DNA from: a virus
Strand: one strand, 5' to 3'
DNA length: 64,000 bases
Virus record (IMG/VR): IMGVR_UViG_3300027734_000045
Span: 57,062 to 121,061 of that record
Shown here: piece by piece, positions 39,784 to 49,145 of the stretch
How the letters are laid out: the number at the start of each line of letters is the position of its first letter
How positions within the stretch are numbered: position 1 is the stretch's first letter
The notes under the pieces: generated by a model
The model's database searches: none
What the model was told of the DNA's origin: nothing
Seen by the model: only the letters and a program-made list of their open reading frames with translations
Translations under genes and position numbers: made by a program

Positions 39784-40622
39784 TCAACATCAAAGACGGA
39801 GTCAATGGCTACGTTGACCTAGTGCAACATGTTTTAAAACACGGTAAGGAAGTGGCTCCACGTGGGCAGAAGACCAGAGAAATTGAAGACGCCATCATTA
39901 GAATCGATGATGTCTACAACACTTTGCCTTTAGGAATCAACCGTGGAACCGTTCCTGGAATCGGTGCTGTAGAGGCTTGTCAGCTACTTGGAGGAAGCAG
40001 CATCCCGGAGCTAGTGATAGCCGTTGGTCCACAGTTCAAAAACTTTGCCGAGGATAACGGAATCTTTCACGGTGCGTATGGACTTAGAACCAATGGGCAA
40101 TACGACGTTATTATCGAAAGACTCAAGGCAGACCCTGATACTCGCCAGGCCGTAGTCACAATCTGGAATCCAGAGTACGACCTGCAGCCAAGCAAGAGAG
40201 ACTATCCTTGCACGGTTTTACATCAATTTAGAATTCGTGACAATAAACTAAACATGAGCGTCTACATGCGTTCCAATGACGTTTGGCTTGGTGCCGCCTA
40301 CGACTTCTTCCAGTTTACCCGTGTTCAGTTGGCTATTGCTTCAGTGCTAGGAATCGAACCTGGAACTTATAACCACCACGTCGGCTCGCTTCACATCTAT
40401 GAGCAGCACTACGAGGCTGCAGACAGTCTCAAGTATAGTGATAAGATTATTGATGTGCCGTTTATAACTGGAGCAACATGGGCAGAGGTTAGCGACTCAG
40501 CAAATGACGCTTTGTTTGCCGCCATGGATGTTAAGCCACTAGATAGCATAAGCCAAGACGCACGCTGGTACGCCGAGGCAATGAAAAACGCAATCAAGCG
40601 CAACGCTGAGAAGAGTGAGTAA
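39768..40622 (+). CDS. Thymidylate-synthase-family enzyme, dCMP hydroxymethylase-like
   Basis: DYPCT..QF.IRD.KL..MRSNDVWLG...D..VGSLHIY; Asp at the position of ThyA Asn177, as in T4 gp42. Confidence 0.82.
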   Translation: MDTAIINIKDGVNGYVDLVQHVLKHGKEVAPRGQKTREIEDAIIRIDDVYNTLPLGINRGTVPGIGAVEACQLLGGSSIPELVIAVGPQFKNFAEDNGIFHGAYGLRTNGQYDVIIERLKADPDTRQAVVTIWNPEYDLQPSKRDYPCTVLHQFRIRDNKLNMSVYMRSNDVWLGAAYDFFQFTRVQLAIASVLGIEPGTYNHHVGSLHIYEQHYEAADSLKYSDKIIDVPFITGATWAEVSDSANDALFAAMDVKPLDSISQDARWYAEAMKNAIKRNAEKSE

Positions 40623-40862
40623 ATGCCAGAAGACGGCGAGCAGTACATAGACCTAGGCATTAGCCACCTACGTATTGTCGCCGTTCAACTTCACGTGGTC
40701 TACAAAGAACTACGCGAGGCCGGATTCGATAAAAGTGAAAGCTTATATCTAATCTCGCAGCTGCTTGTTGTGTCTACTCCTGAAGTAGACAGTGGACCTT
40801 ATAGATACGACAACTACAACGACAATGAGAGAGACGATGACGATGATGGTGCAGGAGCCTAG
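40623..40862 (+). CDS. Hypothetical protein (79 aa)
   Basis: Abuts the upstream stop; LH..Y..L..AGF...E.L pattern. Confidence 0.6.
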   Translation: MPEDGEQYIDLGISHLRIVAVQLHVVYKELREAGFDKSESLYLISQLLVVSTPEVDSGPYRYDNYNDNERDDDDDGAGA

Positions 40863-41319
40863 GCCGTCCTGGGACGAAGTTTGGATGGACGTTGCTAGAA
40901 CTATTAGCAAACGTTCAAGATGCTCTAGAGCGCACGTAGGCGCAGTAGTAGTTTCGGCTGAACAGCGAATAAGCGCGACTGGCTACAACGGCCCGGCTGC
41001 GAATCTAAAAGTACAAGGCGACTGCATAAATTGGTGCGACAGAGCTAAGGGTCTTACTCCACTTGACAATACCTATGATTCTTGTCCGTCTATTCATGCT
41101 GAGGCCAACGCTCTTTTATACGTAGACCGCTCGAGAATTGAAGGCGGAACTATCTACGTTACTGGTGCTCCGTGTATGCAGTGCGCCAAACTTATCAGCA
41201 ACTCTGGACTGCGTAGAGTCGTCTCCATTGTTAGGCAGATAGATGTGCACAGAAAGCCAGAACGCGTGATAGACTATTTACGTAGCTGCGGAATAGAAGT
41301 ATCTACCATTGAGGAGTGA
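40843..41319 (+). CDS. dCMP deaminase
   Basis: RPSWD..WM..A..RS.C..VGAV..GYNG..HAEANA..PCxxC; start at ATG 40843 or 40846 is more plausible than GTG 40792. Confidence 0.9.
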   Translation: MMVQEPRPSWDEVWMDVARTISKRSRCSRAHVGAVVVSAEQRISATGYNGPAANLKVQGDCINWCDRAKGLTPLDNTYDSCPSIHAEANALLYVDRSRIEGGTIYVTGAPCMQCAKLISNSGLRRVVSIVRQIDVHRKPERVIDYLRSCGIEVSTIEE

Positions 41320-41322
41320 CAA

Positions 41323-43143
41323 ATGACACGTGGATTAGAAGAAGTAAAGTTAGACCTAGTTGATAGCGTTGAAAAGGCAGGACAGTTTCTAACCTGGCTT
41401 GGAGAACGCAGGCCACACAACGCTATAGCCATTGACACTGAAACAGGAGAGCTTCCTGGTCGCCCGCGCTCAGATGCGCTTTCTCCTTGGCACGGCAGAC
41501 TTCGTTTAGTGCAGGTTGGGGATGCGATGCACGGCTGGGCGATTCCTTGGGACGAATGGGCTGGAGTCTTCTACCAAGCAATGAACAAATACGATGGTCA
41601 AATCGTGTGTCACAACATCGCCTTTGAAGCTAAGTTCTTTGAGATTCAGTCTAAGTGGAGTATGCCTTGGCAAAAGGCGCACGACACTATGATTATGGCT
41701 CAAATTATCGACCCGCTTGGCTCTGGCGCTTTGAAGAGGCTGACATCACAATACGTTGACAGCAGGGCGGCTGCTTTGCAGTCTAACTTAGATAACGCTT
41801 TGATAGACAACGGTTGGACCTGGGGAACTGTACCTACAAACTTTGAACCGTATTGGGCCTATGGCGCACTGGACACTGTGCTCACGATGAGACTGTGGGA
41901 AAAGTTCTGGGAGAAATGCGGACCTGATGGACCTTATAGCAGATCGTACGAGCTTGAGATGGCTGCAAGAAAAATAGTCACTCGCATGGAACTCAACGGA
42001 GCGCGCATCGATTTAGATTATTCGCGTAAGAAATACGAAGAACTTAACAGCTATACTGAGCAAGTGAAGGCTTGGGCAAGAGACACGTACAATGGAGTTT
42101 CTATTACCAGCAACATTCAACTAGTTAGGTTGTTTGAAAGCATGGGAGCTGAGTTCACTGAGTTTACTGCGACTGGCCAGAAATCTGCTACTAAGGACCA
42201 ACTAAGACTTCTAGTGCGAGACGGCTCCCCAGAAGTACAGAATTTAGCTCAAACAGTTTTGGCTCAACGTAAGGCAGATAAACTAGCCAACACCTACTTC
42301 CTAAACTTTATAAATGACAACATTAACGGATTCGTTCACCCGTCTGTAAAGACTCTTGGTGCGCGTACTGGTCGCATGTCTATCACTAATCCTGCACTGC
42401 AGACTCTACCTAAGGGCGATGACACTGTTCGCCGTGCATTTATTCCTAAGGACGAAGACCACGTAATCGTGACCTCTGACCTTGACCAAGTCGAGTTTCG
42501 TATGTTTGCGTCGATGTCCAAGGACCCTAACCTAATCAGCCTGTTCAACCTTGCTGACGCAACTGGTTCGGACCCGTTTACTGAGATTGGCCGTGAGATT
42601 TATGCTGACCCGTCTATGCAACGTTCAGATAAGAGACGTAATCTAATCAAAGGCGTAATCTACGGTCGTCTTTATGGAGCCGGAGTTGAGAAGCAGGCAA
42701 TCACTGCTGGTGTTGCAAAAACACAGATGCAGGCTGTGTCAGACGCCTTTGACACTAGGTTCCCAGGCATGTCCGTCTTTCAAAAGCAAATCGATGACCT
42801 TGGCATGCGCAGACTGCGAGCTGAAGGTCAAGGATACGTTCACACTTGGACTGGAAAACGTCTTCCTTGTGATGACGACCGCACCTATACCTTAGTGAAC
42901 TATCTGATTCAAGGTGGAGCTGCTGAGGTATTTAAGAACAACTTAGTAAAGTTAGACCAAGCAGATTTGACAGATTTGCTTATCGTGCCGGTGCACGATG
43001 AAATCGTACTAAACGCACCAAGAAAAGATGTCAAAGAGATTATGCAGACTGTAAAGGAGTGTATGACTACGACAGAGGGATGGGCAGTTCCGCTCACCTC
43101 GGGAATCGATGGACCACTTGAAACGTGGGGAGATAAATACTAA
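41323..43143 (+). CDS. polA: DNA polymerase family A with 3'-5' exonuclease
   Basis: IDTET, HN..F, HDT, Y...D exonuclease motifs; RTGRMS..P.LQ; DLDQVEFR; K....YG.LYG; NY.IQG; VHDEI. Confidence 0.95.
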   Translation: MTRGLEEVKLDLVDSVEKAGQFLTWLGERRPHNAIAIDTETGELPGRPRSDALSPWHGRLRLVQVGDAMHGWAIPWDEWAGVFYQAMNKYDGQIVCHNIAFEAKFFEIQSKWSMPWQKAHDTMIMAQIIDPLGSGALKRLTSQYVDSRAAALQSNLDNALIDNGWTWGTVPTNFEPYWAYGALDTVLTMRLWEKFWEKCGPDGPYSRSYELEMAARKIVTRMELNGARIDLDYSRKKYEELNSYTEQVKAWARDTYNGVSITSNIQLVRLFESMGAEFTEFTATGQKSATKDQLRLLVRDGSPEVQNLAQTVLAQRKADKLANTYFLNFINDNINGFVHPSVKTLGARTGRMSITNPALQTLPKGDDTVRRAFIPKDEDHVIVTSDLDQVEFRMFASMSKDPNLISLFNLADATGSDPFTEIGREIYADPSMQRSDKRRNLIKGVIYGRLYGAGVEKQAITAGVAKTQMQAVSDAFDTRFPGMSVFQKQIDDLGMRRLRAEGQGYVHTWTGKRLPCDDDRTYTLVNYLIQGGAAEVFKNNLVKLDQADLTDLLIVPVHDEIVLNAPRKDVKEIMQTVKECMTTTEGWAVPLTSGIDGPLETWGDKY

Positions 43144-43610
43144 TGACAAAAATGATTTTAGCAGTAGACCCTGGCAAGGCGACAGGAATGGCGCTATTTA
43201 CCTTTGAGGTTGGCAGTGAGCCAGAACTAGTCTGGTCTATAGAGGTTCAACAGCACGAGTACGCTGAGCCTATTCGAAACACGCTGCTTCTTGCAGACTA
43301 CTCGGGTGTCTCTCTTGAGATAGTCTGCGAAAGATTTACGATAAACGCGCAGACAGTAAAGAACACTCAGGCGCCATACTCACTTGAGCAGATTGGAATT
43401 CTAAAGCAATGCATGATGGACAAGTTGATTGACCCGGACTCAATTGTGTTCCAGTCTCCAGCTGACGCTAAGAGAATGTTTACCAACGAGGCACTCAAGA
43501 AACTTGAGTATTGGCACAAGGGTGGAGAGGGTCACGCTCTAGATGCGATTAGACACGGGCTTCTTCGGCTAGTAAAAACTGGTTGGAAGCCTCTTAGACT
43601 GCTCCAATAA
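43143..43610 (+). CDS. RuvC-like Holliday junction resolvase
   Basis: ILAVDPG..TG, V.E, H..DA.RH RNase H-fold pattern. Confidence 0.8.
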   Translation: MTKMILAVDPGKATGMALFTFEVGSEPELVWSIEVQQHEYAEPIRNTLLLADYSGVSLEIVCERFTINAQTVKNTQAPYSLEQIGILKQCMMDKLIDPDSIVFQSPADAKRMFTNEALKKLEYWHKGGEGHALDAIRHGLLRLVKTGWKPLRLLQ

Positions 43611-43628
43611 AAACAAGAAATAATACCA

Positions 43629-43675
43629 CATACTAATAGAAAACACAGACAAACTGTAAAAATCGTGTTAGTATG
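43629..43675 (+). promoter_or_regulatory. Probable promoter (TGtTAGTAT) overlapped by inverted repeat CATACTAA/TTAGTATG
   Basis: AT-rich gap before the helicase gene, with AAAGGA RBS downstream. Confidence 0.4.
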
Positions 43676-43700
43676 TTTTTAGTGACGAAAGGAATACACA

Positions 43701-45509
43701 GTGCCAGTATACGCTGAAATTGACCCAAATGGTAAGCACGTAGTGCTAACCGCTGACTGGAGATTCAAGGAGCTCTGCAAGAGCGTTCCAGGCGCAAGCT
43801 ACAATGGCAAGGAACAAGTATGGAGAGTTCCTGTTTCTTGGGGAACATGCTTGGCCTTGCGTTCAACATTTAGAGATGAACTAATAATCGGCGAAAATCT
43901 TTCCACCTGGGCAAACAACGAATTAGCTACACGAATCAATCCTGCCAATGAGCTAAGAGACCTAGAGGTGCTGCCTGAAGGAGAAGGCGACCAAGACCTT
44001 TTCCCGCATCAACGTGCAGGAGTTAAGTTTTTGGCCACAGCTCGCAGAGCTCTTCTTGCGGATGAGCCAGGTCTAGGAAAAACCGCTCAGGCTATCCGAG
44101 CTATCAAGGAGCTACAGGATAGAGGTGAACAGGTGTTTCCTGCGCTTGTCGTTTGCCCGAACACGCTAAAGAAAAACTGGAAGCGCGAGTTTGAGAGATG
44201 GTGGCCTGGAGTCAACGTAGAAGTAATCAAGGGTTCGGCAACACAAAGGCGAAATCAGTTTGAAGCAGAGAACGTTGATGTCTATGTTATCAACTGGGAG
44301 TCTCTGCGCACTCATTCTCGCTTATCGGGATACGGTTCAATTGCACTTGCTCGTTGCATCGAGTGCGGAGGCCACGATGAAAAGGTCACGGCCAATCGTT
44401 GTGAGGTTCACCTACGAGAATTAAACAAAATCGACTTCAAGGCTGTGGTGGCCGATGAGATTCACAGGTCAAAGGAGCCTAAGTCTAAACAGACTAGAGC
44501 TCTGTGGGCCGCAACGGGAAACGCAGACATTAGATTTGCACTTACTGGAACACCTATAGCTAATAACGTGCTAGACCTATGGGCGATTCTTCACTGGATA
44601 GCTCCAGAGGAGTGGCCAAGTAAGAGTCGCTGGATTGACCGCATGATTGACATAATGCTAAACGCGTTTGGTGGAATGATGGTTCTTGGTGTAAAGCCTC
44701 TAATGGAGCCAGAGTTCCATGCGTCTATAAATCCTAGAATGCGTCGAATGCTAAAGGCTCGCGTGCTTCCATGGCTGCCTGAAATGATGTTCGAGAGACG
44801 TGATGTCGAGATGTCTACTAAGCAGAAGAAAGCTTACGAGCAGATGCGCGACAACATGATTGCAGAACTTGAAAACGGAGAGGCTATCACGGCTCCTAGC
44901 GCGCTGACTCAAACTACGCGTCTATTACAGTTCGCTAGTTCATACGCAGAGAACACATTTGACGAGGTCTCAGGTGAAACTAGAACTGTGTTGACAGCTC
45001 CGTCTGCCAAGGTTGATGCTCTAATGGAAGACATTAGCAATGGAGACTTTGGAGATGACTCTGTCGCAGTGTGCGCGGTGTCTAGACAGCTAATTGAAAT
45101 TCTTAGCGCTGAGCTAACAAGCGCTGGAATAGCCCATGGACTAATTACAGGTGCTCAAAATGAAGATGAACGTCAGAAGTCAATTGACGACTTCCAGTCC
45201 GGTAAAACTAAATGGATTCTGTTTACAGCTCAGGCTGGAGGTGTCGGTGTGACCTTGACTGCAGCTCGCAGACTAGTTATGCTCCAGAGACCTTGGTCTC
45301 TAGTCGACCACAAGCAGGCTCTAGATCGAATCCATAGAATTGGTTCCGAAATACACGATTCAGTAGTTATAATGGACTATATAACTGAAAACACGATTGA
45401 GGAACGAGTACTTCAAGTCTTAGAAACTAAGGCTGATAACTTCGAGCAAATCGTGAAGGATAAAGACAAATTACTAGCGATGCTCAAGGACGACAAGGAA
45501 AGCAAATAA
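43701..45509 (+). CDS. SNF2-family (SF2) DNA helicase
   Basis: LADEPGLGKT, DEIH, LTGTP, GVGVTLT, QA.DRIHRIG. Confidence 0.92.
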   Translation: MPVYAEIDPNGKHVVLTADWRFKELCKSVPGASYNGKEQVWRVPVSWGTCLALRSTFRDELIIGENLSTWANNELATRINPANELRDLEVLPEGEGDQDLFPHQRAGVKFLATARRALLADEPGLGKTAQAIRAIKELQDRGEQVFPALVVCPNTLKKNWKREFERWWPGVNVEVIKGSATQRRNQFEAENVDVYVINWESLRTHSRLSGYGSIALARCIECGGHDEKVTANRCEVHLRELNKIDFKAVVADEIHRSKEPKSKQTRALWAATGNADIRFALTGTPIANNVLDLWAILHWIAPEEWPSKSRWIDRMIDIMLNAFGGMMVLGVKPLMEPEFHASINPRMRRMLKARVLPWLPEMMFERRDVEMSTKQKKAYEQMRDNMIAELENGEAITAPSALTQTTRLLQFASSYAENTFDEVSGETRTVLTAPSAKVDALMEDISNGDFGDDSVAVCAVSRQLIEILSAELTSAGIAHGLITGAQNEDERQKSIDDFQSGKTKWILFTAQAGGVGVTLTAARRLVMLQRPWSLVDHKQALDRIHRIGSEIHDSVVIMDYITENTIEERVLQVLETKADNFEQIVKDKDKLLAMLKDDKESK

Positions 45510-46444
45510 TGACAACAGTAGAACCAATCAAAATCTCTAACTCTGAGATTCAAACATTCAAGGATTGCCGTCGCAAGTGGTGGTTAGCTTATTACCGTAG
45601 ACTGCAACCAAAAAACAAAAACAAGACGGGCGCACTTGCACTTGGTTCTCGTATTCACGAAGCACTTGACATGTACTATTCAACTGGTCAGGATTTGCTC
45701 GAGGCTCACGCAGAACTTCTAAACAAAGACCGTGAACTGTATAAAGCGGAATGGCGCGACCTAAGTGAGCTTGAGTCTGAAGGCGAACTTGGCCGCATCA
45801 TGCTTGAAGGCTACCTGCAGTGGGTAGACGAAGAAGGCATCGACGCTGAGCTAGAAATGATTTCCACTGAGGAGATTATCTCAATGCCTTTGATGGAAGG
45901 CCGCGTAGAGCTACAAGGTAAACTAGACATGCGTGTTCGTCGCAAGGGCGACGGAGTGCGTATGTTTAGAGACTTTAAAACCGTTGGCGGTTCTTTCTCT
46001 GACTTTGCAAACCAGGCTCAAATGAACGAACAGATTCTTACCTACATGCTTCTTGAGTCAGCTCAGAACAAAGAAGGTGAACGTTCCGAAGGTGGAATCT
46101 TTACCATGCTAAAAAAGGTAAAGAGAACCGCGAACGCAAAGCCTCCGTTCTTTGAACAGATTGAAGTTCGCCACAACGTGTTTACTATGCGTTCGTTTTG
46201 GCAGAGACTGCACGGCACGCTTACCGACATGCTTCGAGTGCGCGATGCTTTAGATGAAGGTGCAAACCCGCAGTTTGTAGCTTACCCGACTCCATCTAGA
46301 GACTGCAAGTGGAAGTGCCAGTTCTATTCAGTGTGTCCGCTAATCGACGACGGCTCTGCGGCAGAGCAGGCAATCAGCGAGCTATTTGAAGAATCTAATC
46401 CGTACGCATACTATGGTCAGGAAGACCCAAAGGGTGATGCGTAA
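45509..46444 (+). CDS. Cas4/RecB-like PD-(D/E)xK exonuclease
   Basis: SNSE...F..C.R.W, GS..H, GKLD..DFKT, Q...Y, C.WKC.F..VC. Confidence 0.85.
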   Translation: MTTVEPIKISNSEIQTFKDCRRKWWLAYYRRLQPKNKNKTGALALGSRIHEALDMYYSTGQDLLEAHAELLNKDRELYKAEWRDLSELESEGELGRIMLEGYLQWVDEEGIDAELEMISTEEIISMPLMEGRVELQGKLDMRVRRKGDGVRMFRDFKTVGGSFSDFANQAQMNEQILTYMLLESAQNKEGERSEGGIFTMLKKVKRTANAKPPFFEQIEVRHNVFTMRSFWQRLHGTLTDMLRVRDALDEGANPQFVAYPTPSRDCKWKCQFYSVCPLIDDGSAAEQAISELFEESNPYAYYGQEDPKGDA

Positions 46445-46508
46445 TGAAGACTTTATTGCAATTCCGCAATGAGAAAACAACAACAACAAATGAAGGAAGG
46501 ATGAGAGT

Positions 46509-47264
46509 ATGTCAGACGTTCAACGTTCACTAACCATAATGGTTTATGGCGAGTCTAAGGTTGGTAAGTCAACCTTTGCTGTTACAGCACCATACCCACG
46601 TCTCATGCTTGACGTAGAAGGCGGACACCGTTTCTTGCCTATCAACGTAAAGTACTGGGACCCACTGCGCGAGGAGCCACCAGTTGCCGACGGCACTTGG
46701 GACACCTGCGTAGTACCAGTTCGTGATTACGATACTGTCCTAAAGGCTTATCAATGGCTACAGCTTGGTAAGCACCAGTTCAAATCACTTATCATCGACT
46801 CAGTATCTGAGTTGCAGGTTAAGTGTATGGACAACATCGCTGGAGTAAATCAGATGCAGATGCAGCAGTGGGGCGAACTACTTCGTCACATGGGTTCTCT
46901 GCTTCGCGATTTGCGTGACCTAACGATGCACCCTACCGCTCCGCTAGAAGCAGTAGTTCTAACCGCGATGGCAAGACCTAGCCAGGATGGACGCACGCGT
47001 CCTTACCTGCAAGGACAACTTGCAATCCAGGCTCCGTATTTTTACGATGTCCTTGGAGCAATCAACGTTGAAACCATCCAAAATCCTGACCCAACTCAAC
47101 CTCCATACCGCGCTCGTCGCATGTATGTTGAAAGAACTGACAAATACGAAGCCGGCGAACGCGTCCAGGGCCGTCTTGGTCAAATCGTTGAGCAGCAGGA
47201 CCTCGGAATCGAGCGTATGCTCGACATGATTTTCGGTCCAAAGACCGAGAGCAAGTCGGTCTAA
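46509..47264 (+). CDS. AAA ATPase (Sak4-like recombination protein)
   Basis: YGESKVGKST, LD.EGG, IIDS; lies between the nuclease and the SSB. Confidence 0.82.
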   Translation: MSDVQRSLTIMVYGESKVGKSTFAVTAPYPRLMLDVEGGHRFLPINVKYWDPLREEPPVADGTWDTCVVPVRDYDTVLKAYQWLQLGKHQFKSLIIDSVSELQVKCMDNIAGVNQMQMQQWGELLRHMGSLLRDLRDLTMHPTAPLEAVVLTAMARPSQDGRTRPYLQGQLAIQAPYFYDVLGAINVETIQNPDPTQPPYRARRMYVERTDKYEAGERVQGRLGQIVEQQDLGIERMLDMIFGPKTESKSV

Positions 47265-47310
47265 CCAATCCCGGTTAGTCGATAACTACAGAAAGATAAG
47301 GAATCTCATT

Positions 47311-47862
47311 ATGAGTTCATTAAACTGGGGAGACCTAGTAAAGGACGCCGGAGAATCTTCCGGCGGTCAATACGAGCCGTTGCCAGACGGTGACTACGAC
47401 CTGAAGGTAATCGAGGCTTCGGCCGCGGTTTCACAGTCAGGTAAAACCATGTTCAAAATCACTACTGAGGTTCAGGCAGGTGCGTTCGCTAAGCGTCGTA
47501 TCTGGGACAACTTGGTAGTATCTCCAGACAGCCCAGCTGCTCTAGGCATCTTCTTTTCGAAGATGGCCGCGCTTGGTCTGCCTCGCGAGTACTTCATGGG
47601 AAACCCAAGCAACGCGACTATTGAAGCCGCTATTCTAAATCGTGCATTCCGCGCGCAAATTGGCTCACGTGTGTGGCAAGGCGCTAAGAAGAACGAGATT
47701 AAGAAGTACTACGTTGCTCCTGCGGCTGGCGTTGCTGCCGCTGTAGCTCCTGCTGCTCCAGCACCCGCTCCAGCACCCGCTGCTGCTCCAGCTCCAGCAC
47801 CCGCTCCAGCGCCGGCCGCAGCTCCTGTAGCTGCTGCTGCTCCACCTGCATCGCCGTTCTAA
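47311..47862 (+). CDS. Single-stranded DNA-binding protein (DUF669-like) with Pro/Ala-rich tail
   Basis: YEPLPDG.Y...V......S..GK.M..NE.K; (AP)n linker ending in PF. Confidence 0.78.
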   Translation: MSSLNWGDLVKDAGESSGGQYEPLPDGDYDLKVIEASAAVSQSGKTMFKITTEVQAGAFAKRRIWDNLVVSPDSPAALGIFFSKMAALGLPREYFMGNPSNATIEAAILNRAFRAQIGSRVWQGAKKNEIKKYYVAPAAGVAAAVAPAAPAPAPAPAAAPAPAPAPAPAAAPVAAAAPPASPF

Positions 47863-47868
47863 ACGGAT

Positions 47869-47912
47869 AGTTGTTGTCCTGGGTTCTCTGATAGAGTGCC
47901 CAGGACGCAACT
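47869..47912 (+). terminator. Hairpin after the SSB gene
   Basis: AGTTG..GTCCTGGG..CTCT/AGAG..CCCAGGAC.CAACT. Confidence 0.5.
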
Positions 47913-47930
47913 CTAACTTCAAGGACTACA

Positions 47931-49145
47931 ATGAAAATTCTTATGACAGGCTATACAGCCTTGCAGATTGGTAATCCAGTCCGCAGTATTCAAAAAATCA
48001 ACGTTCCAGCATCTATCGTGAAGGCGCTGCGTGACGCCGGACACGAGGTCGATTGGCGGAAGGTCACCGTTGGCGAAGACCTATCTATGTACGATGTTGC
48101 CTGGATAAACTTGGCGCCAATGAACTCGCTAAATGGACGCCATGGAGCGATGGGTACTCTGTACACTTTAGCTTCTGGTCTACCTTGCGTAGGCTTCTTC
48201 GATGACTGGCAGTTCAACGCTGTGTTCAACGGTGCACGCGCGCTAAAGCGTGACACGACTAAGATGCTTTATAAGCACCTGTTTGGTCCAGCAGACGCTC
48301 GTGGCACTGAGGCAGCTACGCATTTTAGCCGCAAGTCAGTAGACGAGGCTATAGCTCGTATTGAAGCTGTAGACCCGGCTCGAGCAAAGAAAATCTCCTT
48401 CGAGAGATACTACATGTTAGACAAAGACGCAGACGTCGAGCCTTACGAAAAAATGCTCATTGAGTCAGCTAGTCTTCTTCTAAATGATCGTTGGGCTGAA
48501 GGAATGGTTCCAGTGTGTCCAATGTATGGTTTTGGTGATCGTTCACTTGTGCGCAAGCGTATGCCAAAGGACATGGGCGCAATCGAGGCGCTAGACCCAA
48601 GCCCGACTATTTATGAGCTTCTAAATGAGGTTGCTCCGGCTGCACCTGAAACCAAAAAACGCGGCTGGGTACTTGGCGCGCTTATGCCACACGACACCTG
48701 GTTAGATAAGAAAACTATTTCCTGGCCTGTAGAAATCGTTGGTAGTCGCAAACTTGTTCGTGAACGCGGCGGTCAGCGCTTTGACACAGAGAAAGAAGTG
48801 CTAGAGTTCTATAACCAGCACTGGGGAATTATGTCTCCGCCTTACATGCACTCTGGCTCAGGCTGGTGGCGTAGTCGTTTTATGTACGCAGCCCGTGTTG
48901 GTTCTATCCTGTTGACTGAGAAGGGTGAAGCCAATGGGCTTGGCTCAGCTTACAACGTCACTCTCGCTCAGGTTGAGAAGATGTCAGACGAGGAGCTAAA
49001 GGCTACAGCAGACGCACAGGCCCAAGCGCTTCGCGCATTTATGCCAACCTATCAAAGCTTCGCTGAACACTGTGTAAGAATCGTAGAACGAGCTGTGAAA
49101 GAAGACAAGGGCCTAAAGCTAAATCCTGACGGCACTCGAGCATGA
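47931..49145 (+). CDS. Glycosyltransferase-like protein (GT-B type), probable DNA-base glycosyltransferase
   Basis: MKILMTG..AL..AGHEV..DLS.YD start; G...PPY...GSGWWR.R...A donor-binding-like segment. Confidence 0.7.
   Translation: MKILMTGYTALQIGNPVRSIQKINVPASIVKALRDAGHEVDWRKVTVGEDLSMYDVAWINLAPMNSLNGRHGAMGTLYTLASGLPCVGFFDDWQFNAVFNGARALKRDTTKMLYKHLFGPADARGTEAATHFSRKSVDEAIARIEAVDPARAKKISFERYYMLDKDADVEPYEKMLIESASLLLNDRWAEGMVPVCPMYGFGDRSLVRKRMPKDMGAIEALDPSPTIYELLNEVAPAAPETKKRGWVLGALMPHDTWLDKKTISWPVEIVGSRKLVRERGGQRFDTEKEVLEFYNQHWGIMSPPYMHSGSGWWRSRFMYAARVGSILLTEKGEANGLGSAYNVTLAQVEKMSDEELKATADAQAQALRAFMPTYQSFAEHCVRIVERAVKEDKGLKLNPDGTRA

Noticed and set aside
39768-40622. Labelling as canonical thyA
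   Set aside because: It has Asp instead of the dUMP-specifying Asn, and the MRSND/VGSLH pattern fits pyrimidine hydroxymethylase-type homologs better.
44340-44430. Cys-containing insertion in the helicase as a possible intein
   Set aside because: It is only about 30 aa with no splicing motifs; more likely a small zinc-binding loop.
45509-46444. Cas4-like nuclease as evidence of CRISPR-Cas
   Set aside because: It sits in the usual phage nuclease-ATPase-SSB recombination module, with no array or other cas genes.
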